This document shows, piece after piece, positions 16,427-27,142 of a DNA stretch of 64,000 nucleotides. The stretch's first letter is position 1; each line of letters starts with the position of its first letter. The position numbers and the translations under genes are program-made. The stretch is from an uncultured delta proteobacterium (GTDB lineage Bacteria > Myxococcota_A > UBA9160 > UBA4427): assembly GCA_963822965.1 (NCBI GenBank), contig CAWGJT010000006.1:864001-928000 (forward strand), in the 5' to 3' direction. The notes under the pieces were generated by a model that was given only the letters and a program-made list of their open reading frames with translations, was not told the DNA's origin and did not search any database.

Positions 16427-17740
16427 CTACAGCTTCGTGATCTTCTCCCGGTCCGCGACGACGCCGGCGGTGGCGTTCCGGGTGTCGAAGACACGACCGG
16501 CCTTCTCGACCACCCGCGCGTAGTCCACGACGCTGTGGTCCGTGAGGATCACCACCAGGTCGGCGGCGGCCACGGTCTCGTCCGAGAGATCCGTGTTCTT
16601 GTAGACGGCTCCCTCGACGGTGCACTCGCGCACGTGCGGGTCGTGGTAGGTGATGGCGGCGCCGCGGCCGGCCAGCAGCTTGATGACGTCCAGCGCCGGC
16701 GACTCGCGCATGTCCCCCACGTCCTTCTTGTAGGCGACGCCCAGGATCAGGACGTTCGAGCCGTTCACCGCCAGGCGGTCCTCGTTCAGCAGCTCGGCCA
16801 CGCGGTCGGCCACGTACTCGGGCATGCGGCCGTTGATGTCGGTGGCCAGGTCGATGAAGCGGGCGGGGAAGTTGAGCGACTTCATCTTCCACGACAGGTA
16901 GCTGGGGTCCACCGGGATGCAGTGGCCGCCGAGCCCCGGGCCCGGCAGGAACTTCATGAAGCCGTAGGGCTTGGTGGCCGCGGCCTCGATCACCTCCCAC
17001 ACGTCGAGCCCGAGGCGGCGGCACATGAGGGCCACCTCGTTGGCGAGGCCGATGTTGATGGCCCGGAAGGTGTTCTCCAGCAGCTTCACCATCTCGGCGC
17101 TCTGGCTGGACGAGACGGGCACCACCCGATCGAAGATGGTCTGGAAGACCTCCACGGCGAGCCGGGTGCACAGCGGCGTCTCGCCGCCCACCACCTTGGG
17201 CACCTCACGCACGGCGAACTTCTTGTTGGCCGGGTCGATGCGCTCGGGCGAGAACGCCAGCGAGAAGTCCACGCCCACCTGCAGCCCCGACTCCTCGAGC
17301 ATGGGCACGAAGAGCTCGTGGGTGGTGCCGGGATAGGTGGTGGAGCCCAGCACGATGAGCTGGCCGCTGCGCAGCCGGCGGCGGATGTCCTCCACGGCCT
17401 TGGCCATGTGCGAGACGTCGGGGTCCTTCGTGCGCGTCAGCGGCGTCGGCACGCAGATGTTGATCACGTCGAGGCGGGTGAGCTGTCCCAGGTCGCTGGA
17501 GGCCCGGAAGCGGCCGGCGTCGCGCTGCTCCACCACCGCCGCCGAGGGCACGTCTTCGATGTACGAGACGCCCGCCTCGAGGGAGCGCACCTTCTCGTCG
17601 TCGATGTCGAGACCCGTCACCGTGAAGCCGGCCCGGGCGAACTCGATGGCCAGGGGAAGCCCCACGTAGCCGAGGCCGATCACGCCGATCCGGGCCTCCC
17701 GGGACTGGATGCGATCGTGGAGCTCTTCGAGGCGGCTCAT
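16427..17740 (-). CDS. Nucleotide-sugar dehydrogenase (UDP-GlcNAc/ManNAc 6-dehydrogenase type)
   Basis: GLGYVGLP, ICVPTP, FSPERIDP, KLLENTFR, GLGGHCIPVDP, GVAYKKDVGDMRESP. Confidence 0.93.
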   Translation of the reverse strand: MSRLEELHDRIQSREARIGVIGLGYVGLPLAIEFARAGFTVTGLDIDDEKVRSLEAGVSYIEDVPSAAVVEQRDAGRFRASSDLGQLTRLDVINICVPTPLTRTKDPDVSHMAKAVEDIRRRLRSGQLIVLGSTTYPGTTHELFVPMLEESGLQVGVDFSLAFSPERIDPANKKFAVREVPKVVGGETPLCTRLAVEVFQTIFDRVVPVSSSQSAEMVKLLENTFRAINIGLANEVALMCRRLGLDVWEVIEAAATKPYGFMKFLPGPGLGGHCIPVDPSYLSWKMKSLNFPARFIDLATDINGRMPEYVADRVAELLNEDRLAVNGSNVLILGVAYKKDVGDMRESPALDVIKLLAGRGAAITYHDPHVRECTVEGAVYKNTDLSDETVAAADLVVILTDHSVVDYARVVEKAGRVFDTRNATAGVVADREKITKL

Positions 17741-17794
17741 GGGAGTCTCCGCTGGCAGATCGTCCGGAGGGGGACGCTGGCGTCTGGCTCTGGT

Positions 17795-18460
17795 TCAGGC
17801 GGCGTCGCGGTCGCTTGCCGCCTCCGGGGAGAAGCCGTTCCCCGGCTGGCCGAAGTAGTCGGCGAAGTACACGTAGCCCGACCACAGGGTGAGTGCCGCG
17901 GCCAGGGCCAGAAGTGTCAGGCCGATTTCGTGGGCCGGCAGGCCCAGGGTCTCGTGGTGGAAGAGGAGACACGCCACGGCCACGTTCTGGGTCACCGCCT
18001 TCAGCTTGCCCTTCCAGGTCGCCGCCACCACGTGGCCCTGGGTCGAGGCGATGCCCCGCAGGCCCGTGACGGCCAGCTCCCGGCCGATGATGACCACCAC
18101 CATGATGCCCGCCGCCAGCCCGTGGAGGCGCCCGACGGCCATCAGCATCACCAGCGCGGTGGTGACCAGCAGCTTGTCGGCAAGCGGATCGAGCAGCTTG
18201 CCGATGCGGGTCACTTCTCCGCCCCGGCGCGCCAGGTAGCCGTCCAGCAGGTCCGAGCTGGCGGCCACGATGAAGCACCAGGCCATCACGATGCTGCCCA
18301 CCTTCGAGAGCGTGAACGGGATGAAGAACAGCACCGGCACCACCCCGATGCGCAGCATCGTGATCGTGTTCGGCAGGTTCCAGAACCGCTCTCGCGGGAA
18401 GGGCAAAGGAGATGCTCCGGCGCGGACCCCGGGATCCGCGAGGGTGCCCGCTTCGCTCAC
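17795..18460 (-). CDS. pgsA: CDP-diacylglycerol--glycerol-3-phosphate 3-phosphatidyltransferase
   Basis: NLPNTITMLR, DLLDGYLAR...GKLLDPLADK, IIGRELAVTGLR. Confidence 0.93.
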   Translation of the reverse strand: MSEAGTLADPGVRAGASPLPFPRERFWNLPNTITMLRIGVVPVLFFIPFTLSKVGSIVMAWCFIVAASSDLLDGYLARRGGEVTRIGKLLDPLADKLLVTTALVMLMAVGRLHGLAAGIMVVVIIGRELAVTGLRGIASTQGHVVAATWKGKLKAVTQNVAVACLLFHHETLGLPAHEIGLTLLALAAALTLWSGYVYFADYFGQPGNGFSPEAASDRDAA

Positions 18461-19119
18461 GGCGACCTCCGCTTCTGGGGAGCGATGGGGGGCCCGAGCC
18501 GGGGGACGCGGCTACGGAATTCCGCGTGGTAGCCGCGATAGTAGTTCAGAACCCGCGAGACGTAATCGAGGGTTTCCGGGTAGGGGGGAACCCCTCGATA
18601 GCGGTCGACGGCCTTGGGGCCGGCGTTGTAGGCCGCCAGCGCCCGCTTCAGGTCGCCGTAGCGGTCCAGCATGTCGCGCAGGTAGCGGGTGCCCCCGTCC
18701 ACGTTTTCGCCCGGGTGGAAGGGGTCGCGGACCCCGAGCTTCCGCGCCGTGGCGGGCATCAGCTGCATCAGGCCCTGAGCGCCCACCCGGGAGACCGCCC
18801 GGGGCTCGAAGTTCGATTCTGCGGCGATCACGGCCTTCACGAGGGCCGGCTCCACCCGGTGGTTGCGGGCCGAGCGCAGGATGAGGGGGTCGTAGCTGTC
18901 CTCCGCGGGCACCTTGGTGCCATGCCGGACCTGCTGGCGGTCGACGAAGTCGGCGGGCCGGGTGGGCACCCACTCGTAGCGCGCGTCCTCGGGCGAGTCG
19001 GTGAAGTGCACGACGCCCCGGTCGTCCACGTAGCGGTAGACGGCCGCCTGGGCGGTCGGGATGCCACTTACCAGCAGAAGAAGGCCGAAGGCCGCACACC
19101 CGATGAGGAATCGACGCAT
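18457..19119 (-). CDS. Lytic transglycosylase (SLT) with N-terminal DUF4124-like domain
   Basis: VYRYVDDRGVVHFTD, AVIAAESNF, GAQGLMQLMPATA, ALAAYNAG, PPYPET. Confidence 0.9.
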   Translation of the reverse strand: MRRFLIGCAAFGLLLLVSGIPTAQAAVYRYVDDRGVVHFTDSPEDARYEWVPTRPADFVDRQQVRHGTKVPAEDSYDPLILRSARNHRVEPALVKAVIAAESNFEPRAVSRVGAQGLMQLMPATARKLGVRDPFHPGENVDGGTRYLRDMLDRYGDLKRALAAYNAGPKAVDRYRGVPPYPETLDYVSRVLNYYRGYHAEFRSRVPRLGPPIAPQKRRSP

Positions 19120-19428
19120 GGAAGCCCCTATGGTTCCACACCGGCCCGAATCTGGCCGCGTCCGGGATCTGCCCTGGCACCCGGAGGGAACTTCCGCCCC
19201 GGACACCCCCCTCCCTACAGTCGGCATCCGAGTCGGCGACGTTTAGCGCCGTTTGGTGATCCGGAGTGCTCCCAGCACGTGACCTGGCGCACCAGCCGCG
19301 CGGAACCCTTCTACCACGGGCCCCGGGGGAAAACCACCCCGTAATCGTGACGGTTTGGATTGCAGGGGCTCGGTACACGTCCCTAGACTCGACCTCACCA
19401 TCAGGCTCCCAGCCCTGAAGGACGCGCC

Positions 19429-21069
19429 TTGACGCAGACGAGCGATGATCGGCACCTCTTCGACTTCCTGGTCATCGGAAGCGGCCTCGCCGGCCTCTTC
19501 TACTCCCTGCGGGTAGCGGAGCACGGCAGCGTCGGGCTGGTCACCAAGCGGCGTAGCGCCGACTCGGCCACCAGCTGGGCCCAGGGCGGCATCGCCGCCG
19601 TGGTCGGGCCCGACGACTCCTTCGAGGCGCACGTCGACGACACCCTGCGAGCCGGCGCCGACCTGTGCAAGGAGGACGTCGTCCGCTTCGTGGTCACCCA
19701 CGGCCCCGACGCCATCGACGCCCTGCTGAAGTACGGCGTCGACTTCGACCGGCGCCGGGAACCCGGCCACGACAGCGAGTTCGATCTCGGCCGCGAGGGC
19801 GGCCACACCCGGCGCCGGGTCCTCCACCACCTCGACATCACGGGCCAGGAGATCGAGCAGTCGCTCATCGCGCGAGCGCGCGCGCACCCGAACATCACCA
19901 TCTTCGAGAACCACTGCGCGATCGACCTGCTGACGTCCCACAAGGCGGGGCGGACGGAGGGCGATCGTGCCCTCGGCGCCTACGTGCTGGACTCGCGCTC
20001 GGGGGAGGTGGAGCGGTTCCAGGCACCGATCACCCTCCTGGCCACCGGCGGAGCGGGCAAGGTCTACCTCTACACGAGCAATCCCGACATCGCGTCGGGC
20101 GATGGCATGGCGATGGCGTACCGCGCGGGTGCCACCGTGGCCAACATGGAGTTCATCCAGTTCCACCCCACCTGCCTCTTCCACCCGCTCGCGAAGTCGT
20201 TCCTCATCAGCGAGGCGGTGCGCGGCGAGGGAGGCGTGCTGCGCACCCAGGCCGGCGAGGCGTTCATGGCCCGCTACCACGAGATGGCCGATCTCGCGCC
20301 GCGGGACGTGGTGGCGCGGGCCATCGACACGGAGCTCAAGCGCAGCGGCAACGAGTACGTGCTGCTCGACGTGACCCACAAGGACGCGGACTTCCTGCGC
20401 TCGCGCTTCCCCAAGATCTACGAGCGTTGCCGGAGCTTCGGCTTCGACATCACGCAGCAGCCGATCCCGGTGGTGCCGGCCGTCCACTACTGCTGCGGCG
20501 GCGTGCGCACGAACCTGTCGGGAGAGACCGACCTGCCGAACCTGTTCGCCGCCGGCGAGGTGGCGAACACCGGCCTCCACGGCGCGAATCGCCTGGCCTC
20601 GAACTCGCTGCTCGAGGCCCTGGTGTTCGCCGAAGCCGCCGCCGCCGAAGGGATCCGACGTCGCGAGGAGATTCCGGATACGGGCGACGCGCCCGTGTGG
20701 GAGTCCGGCGACGCCACCGAGAGCCACGAGGCGGTCGTCATCACCCAGAACTGGGACGAGATCCGTCGCTTCATGTGGAACTACGTCGGCATCGTGCGCA
20801 GCGACAAGCGCCTGGCCCGCGCCCAGCGCCGCATCAGCCTGCTGCGCGAGGAGATCGACGAGTACTACTGGAACTTCCGCATCACGCCCGACCTGATCGA
20901 GCTGCGGAACCTGGCGACGGTGGCCTCGCTGGTGATCTCCGCGGCGCGCTTCCGCCAGGAGAGCCGCGGTCTGCACTACAACCTCGACCACCCGGACCGG
21001 GACGACGAGCACTTCCGACGCGACACGCTGCTGCAGCGCGGCGAGGCGCCGCGCTGCGACCCGGGCTAG
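19429..21069 (+). CDS. nadB: L-aspartate oxidase
   Basis: [59 protein letters not shown]. Confidence 0.96.
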   Translation: MTQTSDDRHLFDFLVIGSGLAGLFYSLRVAEHGSVGLVTKRRSADSATSWAQGGIAAVVGPDDSFEAHVDDTLRAGADLCKEDVVRFVVTHGPDAIDALLKYGVDFDRRREPGHDSEFDLGREGGHTRRRVLHHLDITGQEIEQSLIARARAHPNITIFENHCAIDLLTSHKAGRTEGDRALGAYVLDSRSGEVERFQAPITLLATGGAGKVYLYTSNPDIASGDGMAMAYRAGATVANMEFIQFHPTCLFHPLAKSFLISEAVRGEGGVLRTQAGEAFMARYHEMADLAPRDVVARAIDTELKRSGNEYVLLDVTHKDADFLRSRFPKIYERCRSFGFDITQQPIPVVPAVHYCCGGVRTNLSGETDLPNLFAAGEVANTGLHGANRLASNSLLEALVFAEAAAAEGIRRREEIPDTGDAPVWESGDATESHEAVVITQNWDEIRRFMWNYVGIVRSDKRLARAQRRISLLREEIDEYYWNFRITPDLIELRNLATVASLVISAARFRQESRGLHYNLDHPDRDDEHFRRDTLLQRGEAPRCDPG

Positions 21070-21076
21070 CCCGGAG

Positions 21077-23071
21077 ATGCGCCCCCCCCGCCCCCGACGC
21101 TTCCGCCCCGCGCTCGCGCGGGGCGTGCCGCTGCTGCTCGCGTGCGGGACGCTGCTGCTGGCCTGCACCAGCGGGGTGCCCCTGACGATCGAGGCGCCCC
21201 CGATCAACGCGCGAACCCGCGCCCTCTATGCGCGGACCAACCTGGAGAAGGCGCGCGCCCTGCGCGCCGCCGGGCGCCTCGACGTCGCCGAGAGCGTGGC
21301 CCGGCGGGGCCTCTCCTTCGAGCCCGACGACCCCGAGCTACTGCGCCTGCGGGCCGATCTCCTGGAGAAGCTCGGACGTCCCGGCGAGGCGGTGGCCCTG
21401 CGCGAGCACGCCGACCGGATCGACCCGCCGCCGCCCCCCCTCGACGACGCCCCCGACCCGCTCGCCAGCCCCGAGACGGAGATGGTGGTCGCGCTGCTGC
21501 CCCCGTCGAGCTCCCTGCTGGAGTCGGCCGCCGCCCGCGGTCGCCTGCCGGCGAGCTGGCCCGAAGGCGAGGCGGCGGAGACGTTGCAGAAACGCTTCCA
21601 GGTGCGGCTCCCCGACGCGCGCATCGAGGTCGTGGCCGACGACGAGCATCCCGTGGCGCGCTCGGTGCCGGACGCCCGGGCCTGGGTTCGGAGCCTGCGG
21701 GCCGACGCCATCGTGTCGGTGCGCGTGGACCGCGCGTTCTGTGCCCAGTCGGTCAAGGACGGCGACTTCGCGGTGGCCTGGCTGCGGGTGGCGGTGGCCC
21801 TGCCGAACGCAGCCGGGCCCGACACCCACCTCGTCCGCACGGCCCTGGACACCCCCGTTCGCCCGGGCTGTGAGGCGGCGGCGATCGCGCGCGCGGTGGA
21901 GCGCGTGCTCGAGCTGCACGCGGTGCAGCAGGCCCTCACCGCCGGCCCGGCCCCGACCCACAGCCGCTACGCGAACGCGTCGATCCGCGCGACCTTCCCG
22001 GTGCTCGAGCAGCGCGCCGAAGAGGAGGTCGTCCAGGGACGACGCTACCTGTCCCTGGGCGAGCTCGGCCTGGCGCAGGATCACTTCCGGGCCGCCGCGG
22101 CGATCGATCCCGAAGACCCGGTCACCCTGGCCTTCCTGGACGACGTGGGGCGCACCCTCGAGCTGGCACGACAGCTCGAGCGGGAGCCCCGGGATGCCGA
22201 GGCGCTCGCGCCGGGAGACGAGCCCGAGCGCAGTGCCGCGGCGGGTGCCGAGCCCGACTCCGCCGCGGATGCCGAGTCCGACTCCGCCGCGGATGCCGAG
22301 CCCGACTCCGCCGCGGATGCCGAGCGCGGTGCGGTCCACCTGGCCGCGCAGCTCAGCCCGGCCCAGCGCCTGGGGCTCGAGGCGCAGCTCGCCCACGAGC
22401 GTCGCCGGCGCGAGGAGATGCTCTCGGCACTCGCCGTGCTGTACGAGATGCGCAACGCGCCCACCGGCGGCACCGTGGCCGCCATGCGTCCCAGCCCCGG
22501 CGACGACCCGAAGACCACGGGGGCCGTCCTGGCGCGGGCCCGGTTGCCCCAGGGTCGCAGGGTGGAGGTGCGCACCCTCTACGCGCCGAACGGCAGCGTC
22601 ATCGCCCGCTACTACTTCCCCGAGGACAGCGACGCCCCCGTCCTGCGCGAGGACGACACCAGCGGCGACGGCACCCCGGACCGCTGGCTCGCCTACGAGA
22701 ACGGCGTCGTCTCCGAGGTCTGGGAGGCCGAGAATCCCGGCTCCCCGCCGAACCTGCACCTGGTCTACGGGCCCGGCGGATCGCCGATCGAACGCGTGGA
22801 GATCGACCACGACGGCGACGGCCGGCTCGACCGCCTCTTCGTCTACTCGGGCGGACGCCTGCGCGAGGAGTCCTGGGACACGAACGGCGACGGCGCCTTC
22901 GATCGCTTCCAGCAGTTCGACGAGAGCGGCAGCCTCACCCTGCGCGAAGAGGACGTGGACGGCGACGAGCAGATCGACGTCCGCACCGCGTACAACAAGG
23001 GCCGCATCGTGCGTCGCGAGATCTTGAACGAAGAGATCCTGAACCAGGAGCTCCGCAGTCAGGTGCAGTAG
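21077..23071 (+). CDS. Putative lipoprotein with TPR-like helices and C-terminal DxxGDG repeats
   Basis: Lipobox LLLAC; TPR-like segments; DTSGDGTPD, DHDGDGRLD, DTNGDGAFD, DVDGDEQID. Confidence 0.7.
   Translation: MRPPRPRRFRPALARGVPLLLACGTLLLACTSGVPLTIEAPPINARTRALYARTNLEKARALRAAGRLDVAESVARRGLSFEPDDPELLRLRADLLEKLGRPGEAVALREHADRIDPPPPPLDDAPDPLASPETEMVVALLPPSSSLLESAAARGRLPASWPEGEAAETLQKRFQVRLPDARIEVVADDEHPVARSVPDARAWVRSLRADAIVSVRVDRAFCAQSVKDGDFAVAWLRVAVALPNAAGPDTHLVRTALDTPVRPGCEAAAIARAVERVLELHAVQQALTAGPAPTHSRYANASIRATFPVLEQRAEEEVVQGRRYLSLGELGLAQDHFRAAAAIDPEDPVTLAFLDDVGRTLELARQLEREPRDAEALAPGDEPERSAAAGAEPDSAADAESDSAADAEPDSAADAERGAVHLAAQLSPAQRLGLEAQLAHERRRREEMLSALAVLYEMRNAPTGGTVAAMRPSPGDDPKTTGAVLARARLPQGRRVEVRTLYAPNGSVIARYYFPEDSDAPVLREDDTSGDGTPDRWLAYENGVVSEVWEAENPGSPPNLHLVYGPGGSPIERVEIDHDGDGRLDRLFVYSGGRLREESWDTNGDGAFDRFQQFDESGSLTLREEDVDGDEQIDVRTAYNKGRIVRREILNEEILNQELRSQVQ
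22246..22325 (+). repeat. In-frame 24-bp tandem repeat, ~3.3 copies (AE[P/S]DSAAD)
   Basis: TGCCGAG[C/T]CCGACTCCGCCGCGGA at 22246, 22270 and 22294, partial at 22318. Confidence 0.95.
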
Positions 23072-23107
23072 CGCGCCCCCGCCCGCCACTCCCGCGCGGT
23101 CGCGAAG

Positions 23108-23902
23108 CTATTCGGGCGTGACGTAGGCCGCGGTGATGCCGCCGTCCACCAGGAAGGTGGATCCCGTCACGTAGGACGAAGCCGGCGACGCCAGGAAGAG
23201 CGCGGCGCGCGCGATCTCGCTCGCCTCGGCGAGGCGTCCCATGGGAATGTGAACCATGCGGCGGGCGCGTACCTCGGGATCCGCCAGGAACTCCGCCAGC
23301 AGGGGCGTGTTCACCGGACCCGGACACAGCGCGTTGGCCCGCACGTTCTGTCGGGCGTACTCGACGGCGATCTCGCGCGTCATCGCGAGCACGCCCCCCT
23401 TGCTGGCCGTGTAGGCGATCTGCGAGGTGGCGGCGCCCACCACGGCCACGAAGGACGCCGTGTTGATGATGGAGCCGCCTCCGGAGGCCAGCATCGCCGG
23501 AATCCCGTACTTGCAGCCCAGGAAGACGCCCTTGAGGTTGATGTCGATCACCTGGTGCCACACGTCTTCGGGCGTGTCGACGGGCGAGCCGTCGAGCGCC
23601 GGGAACACGCCGGCGTTGTTGAACATCACGTGCAGTCCGCCGGTCTCCTCCACGCAGGCTTCCACGGCCCGCCGCATGTCGTCGGCACGCGAGACGTCCG
23701 CCGGGACGAAGAGCGCCCGGCCGCCCTCGGCCTCCACCTGCGCCACCGTCTCGCGACCCGCGCGCTCGTCGCGCTCGCAGACCACCACGCAGGCCCCCTC
23801 GCCGGCGAAGAGCCGCGCCGCCTCGCGCCCGATCCCGCTTCCCGCTCCGGTGATGAGCGCCGTGCGTCCTTCCAGACATCCACCCGACTGCGAGCCCGCC
23901 AC
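23108..23902 (-). CDS. Classical SDR oxidoreductase
   Basis: GTG start with GGAGGAG RBS; TGAGSGIG, NNAG, YTASK, NALCPG, VDGG. Confidence 0.92.
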   Translation of the reverse strand: MAGSQSGGCLEGRTALITGAGSGIGREAARLFAGEGACVVVCERDERAGRETVAQVEAEGGRALFVPADVSRADDMRRAVEACVEETGGLHVMFNNAGVFPALDGSPVDTPEDVWHQVIDINLKGVFLGCKYGIPAMLASGGGSIINTASFVAVVGAATSQIAYTASKGGVLAMTREIAVEYARQNVRANALCPGPVNTPLLAEFLADPEVRARRMVHIPMGRLAEASEIARAALFLASPASSYVTGSTFLVDGGITAAYVTPE

Positions 23903-24068
23903 TTCGTCTCCTCCCTCGGCCGGCGCCGAGACCGGGGGACGATACCCGAGACCCCGGCAGGCCGAGGAGACCGCGCGTCGCGTCGCCGGAGGCCGAGCGA
24001 CTTTGTGGTAGCTTTGCGCCGCGGGTGCGGCGATGACGCTCGGGCCGCATTTCTCGGGGGCCCTGGCG

Positions 24069-25985
24069 GTGTGCGGCATCTGCGGGATCGTGGACCTGAG
24101 GGCGAGCTCGGTCTCGGAGGCCGACCTGCTCGCGCTGCGGGACGGCATCCGCCACCGCGGTCCCGACGACGCCGGCACCCACATCGAAGGCGGCGTCGGC
24201 CTGGGCGCCCGCCGCCTCTCGATCCTGGACCTCTCCCCTCGCGGCCACATGCCCATGGCCAACGACGACGAGACCCTGTGGCTCACCTACAACGGCGAGG
24301 TCTACAACTTCGCCGAGCTGCGCCGCGAGCTGGAGGCGCGGGGGCGGCGCTTCCGCTCCGATTCGGACACCGAGGTGGTGTTGCGCGCCTACGAGGAGTG
24401 GGGCGAGGCCTGCGTCGAGCGCCTGGCGGGAATGTTCGCGTTCGCCCTGTGGGATCGCCCGCGACGCCGCCTCTTCGCCGCCCGCGACCGCCTGGGCGTG
24501 AAGCCCCTGTTCTTCGCCCACGAGGGGTCGCGGCTGGTCTTCGCCTCGGAGATCCACGGCCTCTACCGCTTCGTGCCCCCCACGCCCGACCGCATCGACC
24601 CGCTCGCGCTCGACTACGTGCTCCGCAGCGGCTACCCGCCGCCGGATCGCTGCTTCGTCCGAGGCCTCCAGAAGCTGCCGCCGGCCCACAGCCTGGTGTT
24701 CGACGAGCACGGGCTCCGGCTGCAGCGCTACTGGCGGGTCCGCTTCCGGCCGCAGCGGCACCTCGACCTCGAGGAGGCTCTGGACGAGCTGGACGAGCGC
24801 CTCGGCCGGGCCGTGGCGCGCCGGCTGCGGAGCGACGTCCCCCTCGGCGCGTTCCTCTCCGGCGGCATCGACTCGGGCCTGGTGACCGCGCTGGCGGCCC
24901 GCGCCGTCCCCGGGCCCCTCAACACCTTCTCCGTGGGCTTCGCCGGGGCCCGTCCCGACGAGGACGAGCGGCCCCTCGCGCGCCTGGTCTCCGAACGCTA
25001 CGGCACGCAGCACCGCGAGCTCACCGTCGCGACCGACCACCGGCGCATCCTGACCCGCGTGCTCTGGCACATCGGCGAGCCCTTCGCGGACGTGGGCGCG
25101 CTGCCGATGTACGAGATCTCCCGAGAAGCCAAGCAGTTCATCACCGTGGCGCTCTCGGGGGACGGGGGCGACGAGTCGTTCGCCGGGTACGGCAACATAC
25201 GCGCCGCCGTGCTGGCCCAGCGCTTCCGGCGCCTGGCGCCCGTGCCCGTGCGGCGACTGCTGGCGGGCCTGACCGGCGCACCGGACGTGCAGGAGCGGGT
25301 CGCGGTCGCCGGTAAGCTCGCGCGCTGGCTCGAACGCTACGTCGAGCAGAGCGTCGCCGGGCAGCTCGGCCAGGCGACGAGCTGGAGCGACGCGCGACGT
25401 CCCTCGCTCTACGGCCCGGAGGCCAGACGACGGCTCGGCGACACCAGCGCCCGGCAGATCGTCGAGGGGGTACTGGCGGCGGCGGGTCCGCTCGAGGACG
25501 GCGAGCTCCACCTGTTCGCCGACCTGGAGCTGCTGCTTCCGGGCGACTACCTCACCAAGGTCGACATCGCGAGCAGCATGGCGTCGCTGGAGGTGCGCTC
25601 GCCCTTCCTCGATCACGAGCTGGTGGAGTTCGCCGCCTCGCTGCCGCTCTCCCAGAAGCTCCTGGGAGGCCGGCAGAAGGGACTGCTGCGTCGCCTGGCC
25701 GAGCGGCATCTCCCCGGGGCGGTGGTGCAGGCCCCCAAGCGAGGCTTCGCGCCGAGCCTGTCGCGCTGGCTGCGTGGCGACTGGGCGGACCTGGTGCGCA
25801 GCCTCACCGACGACTCGCGCTGGGTCGCCGCCGGGACCTTCGACGGCGACGTGGTCCGCCGCACGGTCGCCGAGCACCTGGACGGACGCGCGGATCACGG
25901 GTACGCGCTGTGGATCGTGCTGTGTCTCGAGATCTGGTGGCGGCTCTTCGTCGACCGGTCGCTGGCGCCCGGGGACGCGCTGTGA
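24069..25985 (+). CDS. asnB: Asparagine synthase (glutamine-hydrolysing)-type amidotransferase, likely polysaccharide-modifying
   Basis: (M)CGICG, HRGPD, YNGEVYN, RDRLGVKP, LSGGIDS, SGDGGDE, KVDIASSMASLEVRSPFLD. Confidence 0.92.
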   Translation: MCGICGIVDLRASSVSEADLLALRDGIRHRGPDDAGTHIEGGVGLGARRLSILDLSPRGHMPMANDDETLWLTYNGEVYNFAELRRELEARGRRFRSDSDTEVVLRAYEEWGEACVERLAGMFAFALWDRPRRRLFAARDRLGVKPLFFAHEGSRLVFASEIHGLYRFVPPTPDRIDPLALDYVLRSGYPPPDRCFVRGLQKLPPAHSLVFDEHGLRLQRYWRVRFRPQRHLDLEEALDELDERLGRAVARRLRSDVPLGAFLSGGIDSGLVTALAARAVPGPLNTFSVGFAGARPDEDERPLARLVSERYGTQHRELTVATDHRRILTRVLWHIGEPFADVGALPMYEISREAKQFITVALSGDGGDESFAGYGNIRAAVLAQRFRRLAPVPVRRLLAGLTGAPDVQERVAVAGKLARWLERYVEQSVAGQLGQATSWSDARRPSLYGPEARRRLGDTSARQIVEGVLAAAGPLEDGELHLFADLELLLPGDYLTKVDIASSMASLEVRSPFLDHELVEFAASLPLSQKLLGGRQKGLLRRLAERHLPGAVVQAPKRGFAPSLSRWLRGDWADLVRSLTDDSRWVAAGTFDGDVVRRTVAEHLDGRADHGYALWIVLCLEIWWRLFVDRSLAPGDAL

Positions 25986-27142
25986 CGGACCCCCTGCGCG
26001 TGCTGGTGGGCACGAGCGACTATCCCTCCCAGGACCGACCCCACGTCCGCACCTTCGTCGGCGCGCTGGTGAACGAGTGGCTCCGCCAGCACGTGGACGT
26101 CGCGGTGGTGGCGCCCCGCCCTCTCTGGCAAGGGGCGCCCGTGGAGCAGGGCGACCGACCCCCGGTGCTGCGACCGCCCTTCGTGTCCCTCTCCAACCGC
26201 GAGATTCCCGGGCTCGGCTCGACCCTGCGTCTCACGGTCGCGTCCTTCTCCCGGGCGCTGGCGCGAGCGGCCCGCGCCCTGCCCTTCGAGGCCGACGTCG
26301 CGTATGCGCACTTCCTGTTTCCGGCCGGCGACGGCATCCTGCGCGTCGCCCGGGAGCGCGGAATCCCGGCGGTGGTGGCGCTGGGGGAGTCGGCGCTGGC
26401 CTACTACGACACCCACCTCGGTCGCGCGCGCGTCGCCGCGACCGTCGCGGCATTCGACGGCATCCTGTCCGTCTCGCAGGAGAACCGGGACTGGTGCGTG
26501 AACGAGCTGGGCGCCCGGCCCGAACGGATCCGCGTGGTGCCCAACGCGGTGGACACGCACCGCTTCCACCCCCTCGACAGGGCGGCGGCAAGGCTCGCCC
26601 TGGGACTGCCGGCAGATCGGCCGATCGTGGTGTTCGCCGGCCACTGGAACGAACGCAAGGGACCGCTGCGGGTGCTCGAGGCGATGCGCGGGGTGCCGGA
26701 AGCGGGCGTGGTCTTCCTGGGCGAAGGCGCCGAGCGGCCGTCCGGCCCCCAGGTGCTGTTCGCGGGCTCGGTCGCCCACGAGCAGGTTCCGCAGTGGCTG
26801 TCCGCCGGGGACGTCTTCGCGCTGCCGACCCGGGCCGAGGGGTCGTCGAACGCGGTGCTGGAGGCCATGGCCTGCGGCCTGCCGGTCGTCTCGTCGGACA
26901 TTCCCGCCCTGCGAGAGGCCGTCGATGACCGGTGCGCGATCCTGGTCGCACCCGACGACGTGTCCGCCCTGTCCGCGGCGCTCGCCACGATGCTGGGTGA
27001 TCCGGCCCGCCGCGCGGCGGCCTCGCGTGCGGCGCTGGCGCGCGCCACCCGCGTCACCCTGGCCGACCGCGCGGCAACCATCGCCGCCTGGCTGCGCGAG
27101 CTGGCCGACGCATCCCGCGCGAATCCCCGACACCCCGCCTAG
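25982..27142 (+). CDS. Glycosyltransferase family 4 (GT-B)
   Basis: GTGA overlap with asnB; VPNAVD, RKG, EGSSNAVLEAMACGLPVV. Confidence 0.9.
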   Translation: MTDPLRVLVGTSDYPSQDRPHVRTFVGALVNEWLRQHVDVAVVAPRPLWQGAPVEQGDRPPVLRPPFVSLSNREIPGLGSTLRLTVASFSRALARAARALPFEADVAYAHFLFPAGDGILRVARERGIPAVVALGESALAYYDTHLGRARVAATVAAFDGILSVSQENRDWCVNELGARPERIRVVPNAVDTHRFHPLDRAAARLALGLPADRPIVVFAGHWNERKGPLRVLEAMRGVPEAGVVFLGEGAERPSGPQVLFAGSVAHEQVPQWLSAGDVFALPTRAEGSSNAVLEAMACGLPVVSSDIPALREAVDDRCAILVAPDDVSALSAALATMLGDPARRAAASRAALARATRVTLADRAATIAAWLRELADASRANPRHPA

